Assembly: GCA_023247215.1 (NCBI GenBank)
Contig: JAHFGX010000001.1
Coordinates: forward strand, 36,880 to 100,879
Reading direction: 5' to 3'
Length of the DNA stretch: 64,000 nt
DNA from: Candidatus Omnitrophota bacterium
Lineage (GTDB): Bacteria; Omnitrophota; Gorgyraeia; Aquiviventales; Aquiviventaceae
In this document: positions 36,236-45,579 of the stretch, one piece after another
How the letters are laid out: each line of letters starts with the position of its first letter
How positions within the stretch are numbered: the stretch's first letter is position 1
Program-made: the position numbers and the translations under genes
Notes under the pieces: model-generated
Seen by the model: only the letters and a program-made list of their open reading frames with translations
Told to the model about the DNA's origin: nothing
Databases searched by the model: none

Positions 36236-37497
36236 CGCGCCGTCTGCGTGGCGTCTGGGGGGCGTGCGCCGTCGCGCTGCTGGCGCGCCTGTCGGCCTTC
36301 GTCCTCCTCGGCCGGTTCGCCCACCCGGATGTCTGCGAGAGCGAGATCATCGCCCTGAACCTGCTGCAGGGCAAAGGATTTATCTATCATTTCCTGGGGA
36401 CCGACTATCGCTCCTACATGGAGCCGCTCTATCCCGGTTTGTGCGCCGGGGTGTATGCTGTCACCGGGCACAGCGCCGTCGCCCTGGGGCTGGTGCAGAT
36501 CGCGCTGGGGACGGCGCTGGTGTGGCTCGTGTTCGCGTGCGCCCGTCGCCTGGCGTCTGATCGCGCCGCCGTCGTCGCCGCGTGGTTGACGGCCCTGCAC
36601 CCGGGGCTAATCCTCTACACGACGAAGTTTCACCCGCTGATCCTGGACACCGTGTGCATCACGCTGGTGGTGGCTGGTTGCCTGTGGTACGGCGAGCGGC
36701 CCCGCTGGCGATCCGTGGTGCGGCTCGGCGGGCTCCTGGGGTTGTGCGTGCTGACCCGTCCGACGATCGTGGCGGCCGTGCCGCTGATCGGTTGGTGGGT
36801 CTGGCGACGCTCCCCGCCCCGGCCCGGCCTTCGGGTCGGAGAGTTCCTGGTCATCGTGGGATGCGCCGCGGCGGTCGTGGCACCGTGGGTCTGGCGCAAC
36901 TACCACGTGCACCACCGGCTCATCTTGACGCGCAGCGGCACGAGCATGGTGTTCTGGATCGGCAACAACCCGTACCGGTTCACCGGGTCCGCCCTGACCC
37001 CGGAGGGAGACCCGGTCCTGATCAGCGTGGCGCCACCGGCAGTTCGCACGCAACTGCTGTCGCTGGATGAGCTGGGCCAGCAGGATCTCTTGCTGGCTCA
37101 GGCCCGGCAGTTCGTCCGGGAGCACCCGTGGGAATTCCTCAGGCGATGGGCGGTGAAGTGGGTCTATTTTTGGTGGTTCACCCCCCAAGCCGGATTGTTG
37201 TATCCGCCGCGGTGGATCCGAGCCTATCATGCCGTTTCCGCCCCGCTGCTCATCCTGCTCCTCATTGGGGCGTGGACCCTCTGGCATCCACAGCCCGGGA
37301 TGTGGAGGGATCGGCAAGCCGGGTGGCTGCTGGCGGCGCTGTGCGCCGCCATCGCGCTGCTTCAGAGCCTGTTCTATATTGAAGGGCGGCACCGCCTCGC
37401 CATCGAGCCGCTCCTCCTCATCTTCGTCAGCCAAGGGATTTGGCGGGTGTGGTCGGGTCAACGAGGTGCGGCCTCATGCCGGACGGGCACGGAATGA
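36226..37497 (+). CDS. Polytopic membrane glycosyltransferase, GT-C fold (ArnT/PMT, GT39/83-like)
   Basis: About 11 hydrophobic helices in 424 aa. It is immediately followed by a polyprenol-phosphate sugar synthase gene, the arnC-arnT-like arrangement. Confidence 0.5.
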   Translation: MDVTRRLRGVWGACAVALLARLSAFVLLGRFAHPDVCESEIIALNLLQGKGFIYHFLGTDYRSYMEPLYPGLCAGVYAVTGHSAVALGLVQIALGTALVWLVFACARRLASDRAAVVAAWLTALHPGLILYTTKFHPLILDTVCITLVVAGCLWYGERPRWRSVVRLGGLLGLCVLTRPTIVAAVPLIGWWVWRRSPPRPGLRVGEFLVIVGCAAAVVAPWVWRNYHVHHRLILTRSGTSMVFWIGNNPYRFTGSALTPEGDPVLISVAPPAVRTQLLSLDELGQQDLLLAQARQFVREHPWEFLRRWAVKWVYFWWFTPQAGLLYPPRWIRAYHAVSAPLLILLLIGAWTLWHPQPGMWRDRQAGWLLAALCAAIALLQSLFYIEGRHRLAIEPLLLIFVSQGIWRVWSGQRGAASCRTGTE

Positions 37498-38288
37498 GCG
37501 GCGACGTGGGACGCAAGCGGATCGGGGTGCTCGTCGTCGCCTACAATGCGTTCAACACGCTGGCGGCCACCCTGGACCGCGTGCCGCCGGCCCTGATGGA
37601 AAAAATCGAGGAGGTCTTTGTCTTTGACGACCATTCTGCGGATGACACCTATCGGGCCGCCCTCAAGTACAAGCAGCGCCGGGGACTCACGAAGCTGAGC
37701 GTGTTTTCCAACGAGCGGAACTTGCGCTACGGCGGCAATCAGAAGCGCGGGTACCGGTACGCCATCGAGCGCGGGTTCGACATCGTGGTGCTGCTGCACG
37801 GGGACGGACAATACGCGCCGGAGGTGATGCAGCAGCTCCTTGATCCGCTCGAGCAGGGCGAGGCGGAGTTGGTGATGGGCTCGCGGATGATGCCCGGCTG
37901 CCGGCCCCTGCGCGGGGGGATGCCGCTCTACAAGTTCGTCGGCAACAAAATCCTGACGACGTGGGAGAACCTGCTGCTGGGTACGCGGCTGCAGGAGTTT
38001 CACTCCGGCTATCGCGCCTACGACTGCCATGCGCTGGCGCGGGTGCCGTTCGAGCGGTGCTCGAATGAGTGGCATTTCGACACCGAAATCATCATCCAGT
38101 TCCTGGCCAAACAGTTTCGCGTCGTCGAGCGGCCGATCCCCACGTACTACGGGGATGAGATCTGCTACGTCAACGGGCTGGCGTATGCCTATCGCTGCAC
38201 CGAAGCGGTGGTGAAGTACCGCCTCCATCAGGCCGGTCTCCGGAACTGGAGCGTATTCGACGTGGAGGGACGCGGTGACGCCGTATAA
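37494..38288 (+). CDS. GT2 polyprenol-phosphate sugar synthase (ArnC/GtrB/DPM1-like)
   Basis: VLVVAYNAFNTL, FVFDDHSAD, LLHGDGQY, and ED/DxD motifs. ATGA overlap with the preceding GT-C gene. Confidence 0.75.
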   Translation: MSGDVGRKRIGVLVVAYNAFNTLAATLDRVPPALMEKIEEVFVFDDHSADDTYRAALKYKQRRGLTKLSVFSNERNLRYGGNQKRGYRYAIERGFDIVVLLHGDGQYAPEVMQQLLDPLEQGEAELVMGSRMMPGCRPLRGGMPLYKFVGNKILTTWENLLLGTRLQEFHSGYRAYDCHALARVPFERCSNEWHFDTEIIIQFLAKQFRVVERPIPTYYGDEICYVNGLAYAYRCTEAVVKYRLHQAGLRNWSVFDVEGRGDAV

Positions 38289-38961
38289 ATTCAAGAGCGG
38301 CCCGTGGAGCAGCCATGGGCAGATCCTGCGGCTGGCGGACGCCTGGCCGCGCACGTTCCGGATCTTGGAGGTGGGCACGGCCGAGGGCTACCTCGGCCTG
38401 GCGTTGCGCGCGCGGGGATTTGCGCAGGTGGTGGGCATCGAGCGGGATGCGCAGCTCGCCGCGGAGGCGCAGCCGCACTACGCGCGCCACGTCGCGGCGG
38501 ACGCGGAGCGCGACGGGACGCTGGAAGCGTTGGGGACGTTTGACGCGGTGATCCTGGCCGATGTTCTCGAGCACTTACGGGAGCCGCAGGTCCATCTGCA
38601 GCGCGTCGGCCGGGTCGTGCGCTCCGGCGGGCACGTCGTCGTCTCGCTGCCCAATGCGGTCCACTGGACGATGCGCTTGATGGTCCTGTTCGGCCGTTTC
38701 GACTATGCGCCATGCGGCCTCATGGACGCGGGCCACGTGCGGTTTTTCACCCGCCGGACGGCGACGCAGCTCCTTGAGGCTTCGGGGTTTCGCGTCCGCC
38801 GCGTGTTGGTGACCCCGCTGCCATTCGAGCGGGCGGCCGGCGGACGGCTGCCGGGGTGGGTCGTGCGCCCGCTGGAGTGGGGGTACTACGCCGTCAGCCG
38901 CTGCTGGAGCACGCTGCTGGCCTACCAGTTCATCTTCCTGGCGCAGCGCCAGGATTCCTGA
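38275..38961 (+). CDS. Class I SAM-dependent methyltransferase
   Basis: Motif I ILEVGTAEGYLG; VGIERD; motif III VRSGGHVVVS. GTG start with 14-bp overlap. Confidence 0.65.
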   Translation: MTPYKFKSGPWSSHGQILRLADAWPRTFRILEVGTAEGYLGLALRARGFAQVVGIERDAQLAAEAQPHYARHVAADAERDGTLEALGTFDAVILADVLEHLREPQVHLQRVGRVVRSGGHVVVSLPNAVHWTMRLMVLFGRFDYAPCGLMDAGHVRFFTRRTATQLLEASGFRVRRVLVTPLPFERAAGGRLPGWVVRPLEWGYYAVSRCWSTLLAYQFIFLAQRQDS

Positions 38962-38968
38962 CGAGCTC

Positions 38969-40150
38969 ATGCCCTCCAGACGCCTGACGCCTCACCCGGC
39001 TCTTCGCGCGTGTCTGCCTGTGACGGTGCTTGCGGTCACCGCCGTGAAGCTCGCGCTGGCCGCCCGCTGGGGATGGACGCAGGACATTCCCGGTACGCAA
39101 ATTGAAGCTGAGGGGTTCCTGGCCTCCTGGCGCGGAGCCGGCGGACACCCCACCGTGTTCCCGTTGGGATACTACGCGCTGTCGTGCGGCGCCCTGCTGC
39201 TGTCGCAGTGGACCGGCGCGCCCTTTGCATGTTGGATCAAGGTCCCTGCCATCCTGTCCGATGCGGTCATCGCGTTGGTCCTCCGGAAGGTGCGGGGCGG
39301 GGGAGACCGGGCCGCCGCGCTCTATCTGCTCAATCCGGTGACGATGCTGCTTTCCGTGTACCACGGTCAGTTGCACACGGCGGCCACCGCGGCGGCGGTC
39401 ATGGCGCTGTGGGCGGCGGAGCGCGGGCAGTGGGGATGGACGGGCGTGGCCCTCGGCGCGGCCGTCAGCATCCGCCAGCACTTCGGGTTGTTGTTGCTGC
39501 CGCTGCTCTGCCGGCGGCAGGGGCGCGTCCGTCTGGCGGCGGCGTTCGCCGCGACGGTGGCGCTGACGGTCTTACCGCTGTCGGCCCGTTACCCGGCGGG
39601 CCGTTTGGCCAGCCCGGTCTGGGTGTTTGGAGCCTGGGGATACGGCATGTTGTTGCTGCAAGGGCCGCGGTTGTTGGCGCAGCTGGGCGGTCCGGATGTG
39701 ACCGCGATGGCGGCTGGACTGATCCAAACGCTGCAGGCACACGGCCCCAAGCTCTATTGGCTGTGGGCCGCCGCGTTTGCCGCATGGACCTGGCGCGCAC
39801 GCGCACGCCTGCAGACCGCTTCCTCCTCCTGGCGCGCCGCGCTGCTGTGGTTGGTGGGGCTGTACGCCATGAGCCCCGGCTTCGGCGTGCAATGGCTGGT
39901 GTGGGCGTTGCCGTGTTGGCTGATCGTGGATCGCCCGCAGGCGTGGCGCTACAGCCTGCTGGCCGGGCTCTTCTTAGCCGGCTCCTATTGGCAATGGACC
40001 CTGCCAGGCGCATACGGAGTGGACTCCATTACCGCGAACCTGGGCCGGCTCCGCCCGGCGGACCTGCTGGGCGTGTGCGCCGTCGGGATCATCGGGTTGG
40101 CGACGTGGTGGATGAGCGTGCGCACCGCCTGGCGGCTGCTGCGCTCATGA
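38969..40150 (+). CDS. Polytopic membrane protein, putative GT-C-like (DUF2029 / GT87-type) glycosyltransferase
   Basis: About 10-11 hydrophobic segments across 393 aa with Ala/Leu/Trp-rich composition. No soluble domain. Location in a glycan locus. Confidence 0.35.
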   Translation: MPSRRLTPHPALRACLPVTVLAVTAVKLALAARWGWTQDIPGTQIEAEGFLASWRGAGGHPTVFPLGYYALSCGALLLSQWTGAPFACWIKVPAILSDAVIALVLRKVRGGGDRAAALYLLNPVTMLLSVYHGQLHTAATAAAVMALWAAERGQWGWTGVALGAAVSIRQHFGLLLLPLLCRRQGRVRLAAAFAATVALTVLPLSARYPAGRLASPVWVFGAWGYGMLLLQGPRLLAQLGGPDVTAMAAGLIQTLQAHGPKLYWLWAAAFAAWTWRARARLQTASSSWRAALLWLVGLYAMSPGFGVQWLVWALPCWLIVDRPQAWRYSLLAGLFLAGSYWQWTLPGAYGVDSITANLGRLRPADLLGVCAVGIIGLATWWMSVRTAWRLLRS

Positions 40151-41406
40151 CGCTGAAGCCCGGGACGAAGATCGCGGCGGATCTTCCCATGAAGATCGTG
40201 CGGGTGGTGACGCGCATGAACATCGGCGGGCCGGCGCGCCACGTCGCCATCCTGACCAATGAGCTGGATCCCGCCCAGTTTCGCACCTGCCTCGTCATGG
40301 GCACGGCGGACCCGGGGGAAGGCGAGCTCAGTGGATTGGTCGAAGGGCGCCATGCCCGCGTCATCCGGCTGCCCGGCTTGCGGCGATCGCTGCGGCCGTG
40401 GCAGGACCTCCTGACGCTGGTCCGGCTGCTGAAGATTGTCTGGCGGGAGCGCCCCCAGGTGCTGCACACGCATATGGCGAAGGCCGGGGTCTTGGGCCGG
40501 GTCGCGGCGTGGGCGTATAACCATCTGGGACCGGGGCGGGCGCCGGGCCGGCGCGTCACCGTGCTGCACACGTTTCACGGCCACGTGCTGGAGGGGTACT
40601 TTTCCCCCGCGTCCAACCGGTTCTTTATCGGGGTCGAGCGGCGGCTGGCCCGCATCAGCGACCGGCTCATCGCCGTCAGCCCGGCGGTGCGGCACGAGTT
40701 GCTGGCGCTGGGCATCGGCCGGGAAGCCCAGTGGCGGGTGGTTCCGCTGGGCTTGCACCTCGAAGCGTTTGCGGCCCTGGCCTTGCCCGTGCCGGGCGAG
40801 ACGGTCCGGTTCGGCCTCGTCGGGCGGCTGGTGCCCATCAAAGACCCGGAGCTGTTTGTGGAGGGGTTGCGGCGGGCGTGGGCTCAGCGGCCCAGCGCGA
40901 GTGAAGGGGTGGTGGTGGGGGACGGACCGCTGCGCGGCGCGGTGGAAGCGCAGATTGCGGCGCAGGGACTGGCGGACGTGGTGCGGTGCATCGGCTGGCA
41001 GCATGAGCTGCCGGCCGTGTATGCCGGGCTGGACGTCGTCTGCGTGACCTCGAGGAATGAGGGCACCCCGGTGGCGTTGATCGAAGCGATGGCGGCGGGC
41101 CGGGCCGTGATCGGCACCGCCGTCGGCGGCGTGCCGGATCTACTGGAGGACGCGCCGGGCCCGATCCCCAGCGGCGGGGTCCGCGTCACCGGCCGCGGCG
41201 TGCTGGTGAACGCCGGGGATGCAGACGGCGTCGCCGGCGCCATGCTGCTGCTGGCGTCGGATCCGGCCTTGCGGGAGCGGTTGGGACGCGCGGCCCGGGC
41301 GCACGTGCTGGAACGCTACAGCCACGAGCGGCTGGTGCGGGACCTGGCGGGGCTCTACCGGGAGCTGCTCGGCGACGATGGTTCTGCGCCGCGCTGCATG
41401 GTATAA
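40147..41406 (+). CDS. Glycosyltransferase family 4
   Basis: RMNIGGPARHV N-lobe motif; RNEGTPVALIEAMAAGRAVIGT E-x7-E region. ATGA overlap; an alternative start is M at 40189. Confidence 0.8.
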   Translation: MTLKPGTKIAADLPMKIVRVVTRMNIGGPARHVAILTNELDPAQFRTCLVMGTADPGEGELSGLVEGRHARVIRLPGLRRSLRPWQDLLTLVRLLKIVWRERPQVLHTHMAKAGVLGRVAAWAYNHLGPGRAPGRRVTVLHTFHGHVLEGYFSPASNRFFIGVERRLARISDRLIAVSPAVRHELLALGIGREAQWRVVPLGLHLEAFAALALPVPGETVRFGLVGRLVPIKDPELFVEGLRRAWAQRPSASEGVVVGDGPLRGAVEAQIAAQGLADVVRCIGWQHELPAVYAGLDVVCVTSRNEGTPVALIEAMAAGRAVIGTAVGGVPDLLEDAPGPIPSGGVRVTGRGVLVNAGDADGVAGAMLLLASDPALRERLGRAARAHVLERYSHERLVRDLAGLYRELLGDDGSAPRCMV

Positions 41407-41446
41407 TGACGCGCTATTTTTCGGCGGGAATTGCGGAGCTATCGTG

Positions 41447-42496
41447 ATGCCGGATTCACCACGGTCGGAGCCAATGCGCGTCTTAGTCACCGGCGGGGCG
41501 GGGTTCATCGGATCCCATTTAGCCGAGGTGTTGGTCAAGCGCGGGGACGCGGTGACGGTCCTGGACAACTTCTCCACCGGCCGCTATGCCAACATCGCGC
41601 CGCTGGACGGCCATCCGCGCTTTCAATTGGTCACCGGATCCATCCTGAACGAGTTCCTCGTGGATAAGCTGGTCGAACGCTCGGATGTGGTGTTCCACCT
41701 GGCGGCGGCGGTCGGGGTGGAGCTGATCATCAAGAAGCCGCTCGAGTCGCTGATGACGAACATCCGGGGCAGCGAGGTCGTGCTGGAAATGGCACACCGC
41801 TACCGCAAGAAAGTCCTCGTCGCCTCCACCTCGGAAATTTACGGGAAGAACATCAACGGCCCGCTGCGGGAAGATATGGATCGAGTGCTGGGCTCCCCCC
41901 TGAAAAGCCGCTGGAGCTACTCCACCTCGAAGGCGGTCGACGAAATCCTGGCGTACGTCTATTGGAAGGAAAAAGGCGTTCCGACGATCATCGTCCGGCT
42001 GTTCAACACGGTGGGCCCCCGCCAAAGCGGGGCCTATGGCATGGTCATCCCGCGGTTTGTCGGCCAAGCGCTGCGGGGCGAGCCGCTGGCCGTCCATGGC
42101 ACGGGGAAGCAGACGCGCTGTTTCCTGCATGTGGCGGATGCCGTCACTGCGTTGGTTCGGCTGATCGAACATCCCAAGGCGGTCGGAGACGTCTTCAACA
42201 TCGGCAGCCAGGAGGAGGTCACGATTGAGGATGTGGCGCGGCGCGTCATCCGGCTGACCGGCAGCAGCTCCCGCATCGAGCCGATCCCGTATGAGCAGGC
42301 CTACGAGGAAGGATTTGAAGACATGCAGCGCCGCGTGCCGGATATCGGCAAGATCGCGGCGCTGATCGGATTCCGTCCCTCCATGGCCTTGGACCAGATC
42401 ATCGCCAGCGTCGTGGACAGCGTGCGGTCTTCCGTCGTCGGGGGGATGACGAGTCCTCCGGCGCTCGCAGCCCAGAGCGTTCCGCGCGCGTCGTAG
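41447..42496 (+). CDS. NAD-dependent epimerase/dehydratase (UDP-sugar 4-epimerase / UDP-glucuronate decarboxylase-like)
   Basis: VLVTGGAGFIGSHL; STSEIYG; YSTSK (YxxxK); about 349 aa. Confidence 0.8.
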   Translation: MPDSPRSEPMRVLVTGGAGFIGSHLAEVLVKRGDAVTVLDNFSTGRYANIAPLDGHPRFQLVTGSILNEFLVDKLVERSDVVFHLAAAVGVELIIKKPLESLMTNIRGSEVVLEMAHRYRKKVLVASTSEIYGKNINGPLREDMDRVLGSPLKSRWSYSTSKAVDEILAYVYWKEKGVPTIIVRLFNTVGPRQSGAYGMVIPRFVGQALRGEPLAVHGTGKQTRCFLHVADAVTALVRLIEHPKAVGDVFNIGSQEEVTIEDVARRVIRLTGSSSRIEPIPYEQAYEEGFEDMQRRVPDIGKIAALIGFRPSMALDQIIASVVDSVRSSVVGGMTSPPALAAQSVPRAS

Positions 42497-44320
42497 TTGC
42501 GGATGCTAGCCGGCCTCTTGTCGCCCCTCCATCTCGCCGTGGTGGCTGGTGTCACCGCGTTCGCGATCACTTTCTGCGCCACCCCGATCATCCGCATCCT
42601 GGCCGTCCGCCGCGGGTGGAGCACTCGTTCGGCCGAAGACCGATGGGGCCGCCGGGTCGTCGCGCGCTTCGGCGGGATCGCGATCTTCGCCGGCTACATG
42701 GCGGCCGCCTTCCTCTGGGTGCCGCTGGAGCCTCGGGTCGTTGGGATCCTGATCGGCCTGGCCCTCGTCGTGGTGGTCGGCATCGCGGATGATATGCGAC
42801 GCATGCCGCCCTATACCAAACTGCTCTTGCAATTGCTGGTCGGCTGCGCCGTGGTGGGTCTGGGGGTCCGGATTCATGTCGAGACCTGGACCTGGGAGTC
42901 GGTGCCGCTGTCGGTCCTCTGGTTCGTGCTGGTGATGAACGCGTTCAATCTCTTGGACAACATGGACGGGTTGGCGGCCGGGGTCGCCGCCATCGCCGCG
43001 GGGTTCTGCGCGTTCCACGCGATCGTCGCGCAGCAGTGGACGCTCGTCGCGTTGGCGGCGATCCTGGGGGGCGCCTGCGTCGGGTTCCTGCAGTTCAATT
43101 TTCCTCCGGCGAAAATCTACATGGGGGACACCGGCAGCCATTTTCTGGGATTGGGGTTGGCCACCTTAATGCCGCTCAGCAGTTGGCATTATCCGGCCCC
43201 GCTCATCGGCATCCTGGCCGTCCCGGTCCTGGTGCTGGCGGTTCCGATTTTCGACACCTGCTTCGTGACGATCCAGCGCTTGCTACATCGCCAGCACCCG
43301 TTTGTGGGCGGCACCGACCATGTCTCCCACCGGCTGGCCATCCTGGGGCTCAGCACGCGGCAAACCGTGATGGCGCTCTACGGCATCAGCATCAGCGTCG
43401 GGCTGGTCAGCGTCCTGTCCGCTTCGATGAGGCCGCTCAGCGCCTTGGCCCTCTGGTGCGTGGTGGTGACGGTGCTCATCGCGTTCGGCCGGTACTTGGG
43501 CCGGGTGAATGTCTATCAACTGGAATCGGTCGCGACTGCCGCCGGGCCGATGCCCGCCCAGCCGGTCACGCGGATCGAAACGCTCCTGCTGCACAAGCGC
43601 CGCCTGCTCGAGGTGCTGATCGACTTCATCATCATCTGCGGGGCGTACCTCAGTGCCCACCTGCTGCGGTTCGATGGAGTCTTAAGCGCCCACATCCAGG
43701 GATTGCTGATCCGCTCGCTTCCCATTATCCTCGTCATCAAGATCGCCTGTTTTTTGGCCTCCGGCCTGTACCGGCGCGAGTGGCACCGCCCCGACCTGTC
43801 CGACGTGGTGGTGGTCCTCAAAGCGGTGACGTTTGGGGCGACACTCTCCTCCATCGCCCTGCTGTACCTCTGGCGGTTTGAGGGCTATTCGCGCGCCGTC
43901 CTACTGATCGATTGGATGATCTGCCTCCTCGCGGTGGGCGGGTCCCGGATGGCGGAACGGCTGTTTGACGAATGGATCGGCTCGGCGTCGGCGCAGGGGA
44001 CCCCGGTGCTCATCGTCGGGGCAGGGCAGACCGGGGAGCGCGTGCTGCGCTACCTGAAGGACATCCGCCACTCCGGCCGGCGGGTGGCGGCGTTTCTCGA
44101 CGACGATCCGCGCAAGATCGGGCTGCAGATCCACGGCGTCCGGGTGGTAGGGACGCGCCGGCGTCTGCCGGAGCTCTTGGCGGAACTTGAGATCGGCGAA
44201 GTGCTCATTGCCATCACGGACCCTCCGGCAGAGCTCCTGCGCGACGTCCAGGAATCGTGCCGTGCGCGCGGCGTCCGGTGGAATATCGTGGCGGCCGTCA
44301 TGACCGGATCGGTCGGTTGA
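42497..44320 (+). CDS. Initiating phosphoglycosyltransferase of MraY/WecA (polytopic) type fused to a C-terminal TM plus CoA_binding_3-like Rossmann domain
   Basis: NAFNLLDNMDGLAAG and IYMGDTGSHFLG (Mg/UMP-binding motifs of the WecA/MraY family) in residues 1-330. Residues 370-607 have further TM helices and PVLIVGAGQTGERVLRYL, as in the N-terminal modules of WbaP/PglF/WbpM. TTG or ATG start at 42497/42503. Confidence 0.7.
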   Translation: MRMLAGLLSPLHLAVVAGVTAFAITFCATPIIRILAVRRGWSTRSAEDRWGRRVVARFGGIAIFAGYMAAAFLWVPLEPRVVGILIGLALVVVVGIADDMRRMPPYTKLLLQLLVGCAVVGLGVRIHVETWTWESVPLSVLWFVLVMNAFNLLDNMDGLAAGVAAIAAGFCAFHAIVAQQWTLVALAAILGGACVGFLQFNFPPAKIYMGDTGSHFLGLGLATLMPLSSWHYPAPLIGILAVPVLVLAVPIFDTCFVTIQRLLHRQHPFVGGTDHVSHRLAILGLSTRQTVMALYGISISVGLVSVLSASMRPLSALALWCVVVTVLIAFGRYLGRVNVYQLESVATAAGPMPAQPVTRIETLLLHKRRLLEVLIDFIIICGAYLSAHLLRFDGVLSAHIQGLLIRSLPIILVIKIACFLASGLYRREWHRPDLSDVVVVLKAVTFGATLSSIALLYLWRFEGYSRAVLLIDWMICLLAVGGSRMAERLFDEWIGSASAQGTPVLIVGAGQTGERVLRYLKDIRHSGRRVAAFLDDDPRKIGLQIHGVRVVGTRRRLPELLAELEIGEVLIAITDPPAELLRDVQESCRARGVRWNIVAAVMTGSVG

Positions 44321-45576
44321 TGTGGAGCCTGCTGGCCGAATGGCTGCAGGTGGGCGGGTTCGGCCTGCTGTTGCTGCTGCTCCCGTTTTCCAATGCCGTG
44401 GTGGAGATCAGCTTCGGGTTGATCCTGATCGGATGGCTGATGGCCCGGCTGCATCCGGCAACAGGGCAGGACACGGTGTGGAGGCAGCCGACGTTGCGGC
44501 CGCTGCTGTGGGCTATGGCGATCTTCTGGCTGGTGTGCGCGGCGTCCATTACCGTCAGCCCGCATCCGGAGCTGGGCGTGCGGGCGCTGTTCGGGAAGTG
44601 GGGGGAGTACCTGCTGCTGACGATACTGGCCGCGGAGATGAGCCGCCGTCCCCGCCTGGTCGAGCAGGGGCTGAAGGTTCTCGCGTTCAGCGCTGCGCTG
44701 GTGGTGTTCGAAGGGGTCACGCAGGAGCGGTTCGAATACGGCTTCTTCCGCAATTATCGGTGGGATCACTTCCACCGCATGACCGGACCGTACCGCAACC
44801 CCATTGATCTGGCGACCTACTTGATGGTGATCATTCCGATTCTGGCGGCGTGGGCGTGGTTGGATCGCCACAAGACGCGGTGGCGTAACTGGCTCCTCGT
44901 CCTGGCGCTGTTTCTCTGTTTCTTGCGCACCCAAGCTGTCGGAGCGTGGCTGGGCATCATCGCCAGTTTAGGATTCTTTGCGTGGCGGAACCGCCGTTTC
45001 CGCCGTCTGATTCTCGCGGCCATGGGAGTGATGGCTCTCGCCGGCGGACTCTATCTCGGCTACGTCGGGCGGCTGGGCGGGGTGGTGACGCTGACGGAGA
45101 TCGGCAAGCAGGACCGCCTGGCCATGTGGCAATCCGCCATCCACATGATTCAGGACCGCCCGGTGCTGGGGCATGGCTTGAACACATTTATGGCCAATTA
45201 TCTACACTACCGGATCGGGGGGGAGCGCCAGCCGCGCTACGCCCACAACTGTTATTTACAGATGGCGGCGGAGACCGGCCTGATCGGGCTGGCGGCGTTT
45301 CTCGGCATGCTGTGGCTGTTGTTTCATCGGTGCCTCCGCAGTCTGCAGGAGGCGTCTGACGCCGCGCGGTGGGCCTTCCTATTCGCTCTGCTGGTTGGGT
45401 TGGTCGGGTTTGTCGTGCAGGCCGGGGGGGATACGAATTTTTACTCGCTTCGCCAATCCGCCTTGTTTTGGACGATGGCTGGTTTCGCGCTGGGTCTGGG
45501 GTTCCAACCGGCGGTGTCATCGTCCCGCCGGCCGCCCAGCGTGGCGGCGAAACGGCCGCCGGCTTTCACGAACTAG
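44320..45576 (+). CDS. O-antigen ligase / polymerase family membrane protein (Wzy_C domain; WaaL/Wzy-like)
   Basis: Polytopic. Periplasmic-loop signature HNCYLQMAAETGLIGL (H-N-x-Y, typical of the Wzy_C/WaaL family). Confidence 0.65.
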   Translation: MWSLLAEWLQVGGFGLLLLLLPFSNAVVEISFGLILIGWLMARLHPATGQDTVWRQPTLRPLLWAMAIFWLVCAASITVSPHPELGVRALFGKWGEYLLLTILAAEMSRRPRLVEQGLKVLAFSAALVVFEGVTQERFEYGFFRNYRWDHFHRMTGPYRNPIDLATYLMVIIPILAAWAWLDRHKTRWRNWLLVLALFLCFLRTQAVGAWLGIIASLGFFAWRNRRFRRLILAAMGVMALAGGLYLGYVGRLGGVVTLTEIGKQDRLAMWQSAIHMIQDRPVLGHGLNTFMANYLHYRIGGERQPRYAHNCYLQMAAETGLIGLAAFLGMLWLLFHRCLRSLQEASDAARWAFLFALLVGLVGFVVQAGGDTNFYSLRQSALFWTMAGFALGLGFQPAVSSSRRPPSVAAKRPPAFTN

Positions 45577-45579
45577 CTC

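Noticed and set aside
41402-41407. Perfect TATAAT hexamer overlapping the stop codon of the GT4 gene, 40 bp upstream of the next start
   Set aside because: No acceptable -35 at 16-18 bp spacing (tggttc/ggttct). One or two chance TATAAT occurrences are expected in 64 kb on two strands at this GC content. Kept only as a weak possibility.
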